From the human T2T-CHM13v2.0 reference genome, Homo sapiens, in assembly GCF_009914755.1 (NCBI RefSeq), contig NC_060927.1: DNA of 64,000 nucleotides, one strand, 5' to 3'. Numbering within the stretch: position 1 is the stretch's first letter; each line of letters starts with the position of its first letter. Below, piece by piece: positions 58,566-64,000 of this stretch. The notes under the pieces are model-generated. The model searched no databases. It had not been told where the DNA came from and worked only from the letters and a program-made list of their open reading frames with translations. The translations under genes were made by a program, and so were the position numbers.

Positions 58566-60605
58566 TGTTTTATTTATTTTTTGTAGAGATGGGGTCTCAC
58601 TGTGTTATCCAGCTTGTTCTCAAACTCCTGGGCTCCAAAAGCTTCTTAAGCTGATAAACAACTTGAGCAAAGTCTCAGGACACAGAATTAATTTGCAAAA
58701 ATTGCCAACATTCCTATACACCAAGAGTGGGCGATCCAAGAGCTAAATCATGAGTGAACTTCCATTCATAATTAACACAAAAAGAATAAAATACCTAAGA
58801 ATACAGCTAACAAGGGAAGTAAGGACCTCTTCAAGGAGAACTACAAACCACTGCCCAGAGAAATCAGAGATGACATAAACAGATGGAAAAACATTCCATG
58901 CTCATGGATGGGAAGAATTAGTATCTTTAAAACGCTAATACTGCCCAAAGCAATTTATAGATTCAATGCTTTTATTATTAAACTGCCATTACATTCTTCA
59001 CAGAATTAGAAAAAAAGTATTTTAAAATTCCTATGGAACAAATGAAGAGCATAAATAGCCAAGGCAATTCTAAGCAAAAAGAACAAAGCTGGAGGCATCA
59101 CAGTACCTGACTTCAAACTATACTACAGGGCTACAGTATCCAAAACAGCATGGTACTGGTACAAAAACTGACACAAAGACCAATGGAATAGATAGAGAAA
59201 CCAAAAATAAGACCATACACCTACAATCATCTGATCTTCAACAAATCTGACCGAAACAGACTGTGGAGAAAGGATTTCCTATTAAATAAATGGTACTGGA
59301 AGAACTGGCTAACTGTATGCAGAAAATTGAAACTGGATTCCTTTCTTATACCATATACAAAAATCAAGATAGATTAAAGACTTAAATGTAAACCTTAAAA
59401 CTATAAAACCCTGAAAGAAAACCTGGTCATACCATTCGGGACATAGGCATGGGCAAAGATTTCATGATGAAGATGCCAAAAACAGTCGTGACAAAAGCAA
59501 AAATTGACAAATGAGATCTAATTAAACTAAAGAGCTTCTGCACAGCAAAGGAAACTCTCAACAGAGTAAACAGACAGCCTACAGAATGGGAGAAAATTTC
59601 TGTAATCTATGCATCTGACAAAGGTCTAATATCCAGCATCTATAAGAAACTTAAATTTACAAGAAAAAAGAATAACTCTTTTAAAAAGCGGGCAAAGGAC
59701 ATGAACAGACACTTCTCAAAAGAAGACATACATGCAGCCAACAAACATATAAAAAAAAAGCTCAACATCACTGATTAGAGAAATGCAAATCAAAACCACA
59801 ATGAGATACCATCTCACGCTAGTCAGAATTGCTATTATTAAAAATTCAAAAAATAACATGCTGGTGAGGTTGTGGAGAAAAAGGAATGCTTTTACACTAT
59901 TGGTGGGAGTGTATATTAGTTCAACCATTATTGAAGACAGTGTGGTGATTCCTTAAAGACCTACAAACAGAAATACCATTTGACACAGCAATCCTATTAC
60001 TGGGTATGCACCGTAAGGAATAGGAATCGTTCTGTTATAAAGACACATGCACATGTATGTTCATTGCAGCACTACTTACAATAACAAAGACATGGAATCC
60101 AGTTAAGTGCCCATCAGTGATAGACTGGATAAAGAAAATGTACATATACACCATGGTATACTATGCAGCCACAAAAAAGAATGAGATCATGTCCTTTGCA
60201 GGGACATGGATGGAACTGGAGGCCATTATCCTTAGCAAAGTAATGCAGGAACGGAAAAACACATACCACATGTTCTCACTTATAAGTGAGAGCTAAATGA
60301 TAAGAATACATGGACACAAGGTGGAAACAACATACACTGGGGCCTATTGGAGGATGGTGGGTGGGAGGAGGGAGTGAATTAGGCAGAATAGCTAGTGGAT
60401 TCTGGGCAATACTTGGGTGATGGGATGAACTGTGCAGTAAACCACCATGGCAAATGTTTACCTATGTAACAAACCTGCATATTGGGCATACATACCCCTG
60501 AAGCTAAAATAAACGTTGGAAATAAAACAAAAACTGGGCTCAAGTGATCCCTTGCCTTGGTCCCTCAAAGTACTGGGATTACAGGTGTGACCGCTATCCT
60601 CAGCC
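58566..60605 (-). mobile_element. Alu monomer (FLAM_C/AluJ-like) split into 58566-58635 and about 60534-60605
   Basis: The halves rejoin as aactcctgggctc|aagtgatcc; perfect TSD tcttgctgcttt at 58554-58565 and 60606-60617. Confidence 0.85.
58636..60533 (+). mobile_element. Older L1PA (roughly PA11-PA15), 5'-truncated, about 1.9 kb, inside the Alu monomer
   Basis: ORF2 3' part and 3'UTR (gtgatgggatgaactgtgcagtaaaccaccatggc), then an A-tail; ctgggctc on both flanks. Confidence 0.9.
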
Positions 60606-60933
60606 TCTTGCTGCTTTCAGGATCCTTTCTTTATCTGTGACCTTTTGGTGTTTAATTATTAAATGCCTTGAGGTAGTCTTTTTTGGGTTAAATTTGCTTG
60701 GCGTTCTGTAACCTTCTTGTACTTGGATACTTATATCTTTCTCTAGGTTTGGGAAGTTCTCTGTTATATCCCTTTGAATAAAGTTTCTACCCCGTCTCTT
60801 TCTCTACCTCTTCTTTAAGCCCAATAACTCTTAGATTTTCCCTTTTGAGGCTGTTTTCTAGCTCCTGTAGCCATGCTTAATCATTTTGTATTCTTTTTTC
60901 TGTTATCTCCTCTGACTGTGTATTTTCAAATAG

Positions 60934-61324
<391 letters not shown>

Positions 61325-62672
61325 GCCAGTTGCATTTTTTGGCTCCAGAATTTCTGCTTGATTTCTTTTAATTATTTCAATCTCCTTGTTAAATTTAGCT
61401 GGTATAATTCTGAATTCCTTCTCTGTATTATCTTGAATTCCTTGAGTTTCCTCAACACAGCTATTTTGAACTCTTTGCCTGAAAAGTCACATATGTGTGT
61501 TTCTCCAGGATTGGTCCCTGGTTCCTTATTTAGTTCATTTGGTGAAGTCATGTTTTCCTGGATGGTGTTGATGCTAGTAGGTGTTCTTTGTGTCTGGGCA
61601 TGGAAGAGTTAGATATTTATTGTAGTCTTCACTGTTTGGGCTTATTTGTACCCATCCTTCTTGGGAAGGCTTTCCAGACACGTGAAAGAACTTGGGTGTT
61701 GTGATCTAAGCTGTATCTGCTTTAGGGGCACCCAAAGCCCAGTAACGCTGTGGTTCTTGCAGATTCATATAGGTACCACCTTGATGGTCTAAGATCTGGA
61801 AGAATTCTCTGGATTACCAGGTAGAGACTCTTGTTCTCTTCCCTTACTGTCTCCCAGATACATAGCCTCTGTCTTTGTTCTGAGTCACCTAAAGATGAGG
61901 GTGGAGTGACACAAGCACCCCTGTGGCCACCCTCACTATGATTGCGCCGGGTAAGACCTGAGGCCAGCACAGTGCTGGATCTCGCTCAAGGTCTGCTCTA
62001 ACCACTCCCTGGCTACTGCCTGTTTACTCAAGGCCCTTAGGCTCTACAGTCAGTCGACGGCAAAGCCAGCCAGGCCTGTGTCCTTCCCTTCAGGCCAGGG
62101 AGGTCCCCCAGGCCCCAGGTGGGTCGAGAGGTACCGTTCACAAACGGTCTAAAGTCTAAAACCTCAGAAGTCTACTTGGCATTCTGTTGTACTGAGGCTG
62201 AGCTGCCACTCAAACCACAAGATGCAGTTCCTCCCACTCTAACCTTCCCTTTCCAAAGACGGGAGCCTCTCTTTTTAGCCACCACCACCCCAGGCCACAA
62301 GGAGTACTGCCTGACTACTGTTGATGTTCCCTGAAGATCCAAGGGTTCTTAAGTCAGCTTGTGGTGAATGCTGCCTGGCCTGGGACTCACCCTTCAGGGC
62401 AGTGGGCTCCCCTCTGACCCAGGGCAGGTCCAGAAATGCCATCCAGAAGTCAAGTCCTGGAGTCGGGGACCCCAGGAGCCTGCTTGGTGTTCTACCTTCC
62501 TGTGACCATGCTGGTACCTGAATCCAGGAAGTCTCAGAGGCTGACTCAGGGCCCTCGGCATAGTACCTGGGTATCCAAGCTGTTTATTCAGGGCCCAAGG
62601 GCTCTTCAGTTAGCAGGTATTGAATACTGCCAGGACTGGGTTCTTTTCTTCAAGGCAGCAGGTTCCCTTCTG

Positions 62673-63250
<578 letters not shown>

Positions 63251-64000
63251 TCACAACAGTGAGCATTACCCTCTCCCACTGTGGCTGAGCTGGTATCCAA
63301 GATGCAAGACAAAGCCCTTCCCATTTTTTCCTCTCGTCTTCTCAAGCAGAAGGAAGGGGTCTCTTTTGGAGCCCCAGCTGTGCTTGCCAGCACTCACTTG
63401 GCTGCCACAGCTGGTGTCTCAGTATGTCATGTGAGCCCCCATTCCATTGTCTCTGGGCCTAGTTCAGCACTAGGACTTGCCTAATTGTCACAGTCCTTAT
63501 GGCCTAAACTGCCTTTCAAGTTCACTGAGAGTCACAGAGTGCTGTAGGCCTTGGTGGTGAGAACTCAAGTTCAGACTGCTGGGATAAGTGATTCCCTTCT
63601 GACTAGGGCTGATTTAAATGCTCCCTCCATGGATGGGTATCAGCTGAGTTTGGTCTTTTTTTTTCCTGCTCTAACAGGACAGCATTGAGTTCAGTGTGTC
63701 ACAATTGCTGTGTTTTCTTTCCCACAGTGCCCAGAGATGCTCTCTGCAACATGCCGCTGCTGTAGGAGACGGGGGTGGGTGGGGGGTGGCATCAGGGATT
63801 CAAGACTGTTTTTTCTATCTCTTTAGTGCCTCTTTTCAGCAATACGAAGATAAAACCAGGTACTGAGAGCTCACCTAAGTTTTGGTTCTTATGAAGGTGT
63901 TTTCTCTGTGTAGATAGTTGTTAAATTGGTGTCCTTGAAGAGGGTAGTGGGGAGGATGATCAGTGGAGTCTTCTATTCCATTATCTTAGTTGGCCTTGGG

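Overview
AT-rich, CpG-depleted primate (human-like) genomic DNA lying inside one gene on the + strand. Four coding exons (1833-1993, 39934-40086, 43539-43668, 46895-46969) splice in frame to 173 codons of a Dbl-homology RhoGEF domain that I recognise as ARHGEF26 (SGEF). The rest is intron dense in interspersed repeats: Alu, L1, L2, MIR, MER6, MER82, MER20, MER94, MLT1 and MER21. The last 13 kb is an antisense, near full-length L1MA-type element carrying several nested insertions. I found no prokaryotic, CRISPR or RNA-gene features and no convincing new biological system. The most unusual signals are fossil repair and replication events: two local templated duplications, a template-switch hairpin inside an Alu, a hairpin-rich junction, a triple-nested retroelement, a tail-only insertion and very close inverted Alus. 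The first intron may also hold about 3 kb more than the reference, but that rests on memory. Repeat subfamily names come from recalled consensus sequences, and repeat boundaries are approximate.
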